In this document: in pieces, positions 24,864 to 26,525 of the stretch
How the letters are laid out: each line of letters starts with the position of its first letter
Numbering within the stretch: position 1 is the first letter of the stretch
Origin: a virus
Taxonomy: Duplodnaviria; Caudoviricetes
Strand: one strand, 5' to 3'
Length of the DNA: 26,525 bases
IMG/VR virus record: IMGVR_UViG_3300011338_000677
Location: 1 to 26,525 of that record
Notes under the pieces: model-generated
The model's input: only the letters and a program-made list of their open reading frames with translations
The model's database searches: none
Told to the model about the DNA's origin: nothing
Position numbers and translations under genes: made by a program

Positions 24864-25198
24864 ACGCCTACTTCCGCCGTCGCCAACGCGACACGGCACT
24901 CACGATCGCATTCACCGTCGCGGTCTTCGCGGCTGTCGTCGCCGCGGTCTCGTGCTGCCACACACCCGCGCCCGTCGTCTCGCCGGATGCCACGTTCGTC
25001 GAGGCAACGTGTGAGACGGCGTGCGCGAACCTCGAGCGCCTGCACTGCCCGGAATCGAAGCCGAACGCGAAGGGGATGACGTGTCCGCAAGTGTGCCAAC
25101 ACGCCGAGCGCTTGCGAGACATGAACCTGGCGTGCGTCACAACCGCATCCGATCTAGCGAGTCTCTCGCAGTGTGGATCCGTGCGGTGTGTGTGGTAG
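24860..25198 (+). CDS. Cys-rich putative lipoprotein
   Basis: Basic N-terminus, hydrophobic stretch, AVSC lipobox. Mature CETACANLERLHC...CPQVC...LACV...C....C. Confidence 0.65.
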   Translation: MNAYFRRRQRDTALTIAFTVAVFAAVVAAVSCCHTPAPVVSPDATFVEATCETACANLERLHCPESKPNAKGMTCPQVCQHAERLRDMNLACVTTASDLASLSQCGSVRCVW

Positions 25199-25398
25199 GC
25201 GCGGACGTCGCGCTCGACCCGGAGGAGGAACTCGTGACGTGTCCGGCGTGCCTTGCAGGTGCGCCGCACATGCTCGCGGCGGACGTTGACGAACTCGTCG
25301 TGACGTTCGTCACCGAGTGCGAGGTCTGCGAGAACACGCACAAGGTGTCGCGAAGGCTCGCTCGTGCGCTGTGGGGACACCAGGAGGCTACCGCGTGA
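25192..25398 (+). CDS. Small Zn-ribbon protein (CPAC...CEVC)
   Basis: Two CxxC motifs. Start at GTG 25186 or 25192. GTGA-coupled to the methylase. Confidence 0.6.
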   Translation: MVGADVALDPEEELVTCPACLAGAPHMLAADVDELVVTFVTECEVCENTHKVSRRLARALWGHQEATA

Positions 25399-26405
25399 GT
25401 GAAGCACTGACACCATTGGTCGCCCCATTCCCCTGGTTTGGAGGAAAGTCTCGCGCTGGAACCGAGATATGGGGCGCACTTGGCGAGGTGACGAACTACG
25501 TTGAGCCCTTCTGCGGCTCTCTCGCTGCTCTCCTGACCTCGCCGCGCATCCACCACACCGAGACGGTCAACGACGCGGACGGCTTCGTCGCGAACTTCTG
25601 GCGGTCGACGGCCATGGATGCGGAGGCGGTAGCGCACTTCGCGGACTGGCCGGTGAACGAGGCGGATCTCGAAGCGCGCCACGCGTGGCTCGTGGCCCGC
25701 TCGGAGCGCCTTCGCTGGTGCCTTCAGGACCCCGACTACTTCGACGCGAAGATCGCGGGCTGGTGGGTCTGGGGTCAATGCTCGTGGATCGGGACCGGGT
25801 GGTGCAGCGGGGAAGGGCCGCACCGTCACGACGGGGCGCACTTCTCAGGCAACGCGGGGCAAGGGATCAATCGCAAACTGCCGCACCTGGGCAACGCGGG
25901 GCAAGGGATCAATCGCAAACTGCCGCACCTGGGCAACGCGGGGCGAGGGATCAATCGCAAACTGCCGCACCTGGGCGACGCGGGGCGAGGGATCAACGAC
26001 TACATCCAGGCCCTCTCCGACCGTCTCCGCCGCACGCGCGTAGCCTGCGGCGACTGGGGTCGAGTGGTCACGCCCGTCTGCACATGGCGCCATGGCCTGA
26101 CCGGCGTCTTCCTCGATCCGCCATACGGCGAGGGGACCATGGACTACAGCGCTGGTGGCAACACGAGCAACGTCGCCGCCGACGTGTGGGCGTGGGCTAT
26201 CGAGAACGGCTCACACGAGAAGATGCGCATTGTCGTGGCCGCGTACGAGGACGGGCGCGAAGTGCCGAAGGGCTGGACCGTCAGGCCATGGCGCGCGCGC
26301 AAGGGCTACAAGGCAGATGGTGGGGCGAACGCTCGGCGTGAGGTTCTCTATTGTTCTCCGGGCTGCCTCTCACCGGCGCAGTCCGTACTCGGTAAAACCG
26401 CATGA
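25395..26405 (+). CDS. DNA adenine methyltransferase, Dam/D12 class
   Basis: CAGGAGG RBS and GTG 25395. FPWFGGKS, YVEPFCGS (motif I), VNDAD, FLDPPY (motif IV). Confidence 0.92.
   Translation: MSEALTPLVAPFPWFGGKSRAGTEIWGALGEVTNYVEPFCGSLAALLTSPRIHHTETVNDADGFVANFWRSTAMDAEAVAHFADWPVNEADLEARHAWLVARSERLRWCLQDPDYFDAKIAGWWVWGQCSWIGTGWCSGEGPHRHDGAHFSGNAGQGINRKLPHLGNAGQGINRKLPHLGNAGRGINRKLPHLGDAGRGINDYIQALSDRLRRTRVACGDWGRVVTPVCTWRHGLTGVFLDPPYGEGTMDYSAGGNTSNVAADVWAWAIENGSHEKMRIVVAAYEDGREVPKGWTVRPWRARKGYKADGGANARREVLYCSPGCLSPAQSVLGKTA
25848..25996 (+). repeat. 42-bp in-frame tandem repeat, about 3.5 copies (GNAGQGINRKLPHL)
   Basis: Unit GGCAACGCGGGGCAAGGGATCAATCGCAAACTGCCGCACCTG at 25848, 25890, 25932 (one change) and a partial copy at 25974. 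Confidence 0.97.
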
Positions 26406-26525
26406 GTGAGGGCTACCAGATGCCGAAGGGTGTTGTGTTCTCTCTGCACGTTCTTACTGTCGAACTGGACGGGGGCGGCTTTCAGTTGGCCGCGCAGTCG
26501 AACGGCAAGGTCCACGTCGCATCGG
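26402..26525 (+). CDS. 5' part of a hypothetical protein running off the window
   Basis: ATGA-coupled to the methylase stop. MSEGYQMPKGVVFSLHVLTVELDGGG... stays open to the window end. Confidence 0.5.
   Translation, partial: MSEGYQMPKGVVFSLHVLTVELDGGGFQLAAQSNGKVHVAS

Noticed and set aside
25848-25996. CRISPR-like array
   Set aside because: Units are head-to-tail with no unique spacers and are in frame inside a CDS.

Overview
High-GC (roughly 70% by eye) tailed-phage or prophage segment. All credible genes are on the + strand, and most are translationally coupled by ATGA/GTGA/TGATG overlaps. It holds a near-complete contractile-tail (myovirus) morphogenesis module. The head part is a Mu-like set: DUF935-type portal, gpI-type protease/scaffold, capsid cement protein and gpT-type major capsid protein. 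Then come neck proteins, DUF2586-type sheath, tube, a tail chaperone with a -1 slippery site, tape measure, a fused hub-spike, three wedge proteins and fibre/lectin-like receptor-binding proteins. A membrane/lipoprotein cluster with no recognisable endolysin follows, then a SLOG (YspA/DUF2493-like) gene, a papain-like C1 cysteine peptidase, a Cys-rich lipoprotein and a Dam-like methylase with an internal 42-bp tandem repeat. The most unusual points are: (1) an ECF-sigma-like gene between portal and protease, where gpF normally sits; (2) a 19/21-nt identical translation-start motif shared by the capsid and tail-chaperone genes, each preceded by a GCGCC/GGCGC hairpin; (3) a candidate non-canonical lysis module built around a papain-like peptidase; (4) a hub-spike fusion with a single PAAR-like motif; (5) accessory or duplicated domains in many virion proteins. 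Host may be a myxobacterium (inference only). All family calls come from recalled motifs and synteny; no database search was run.
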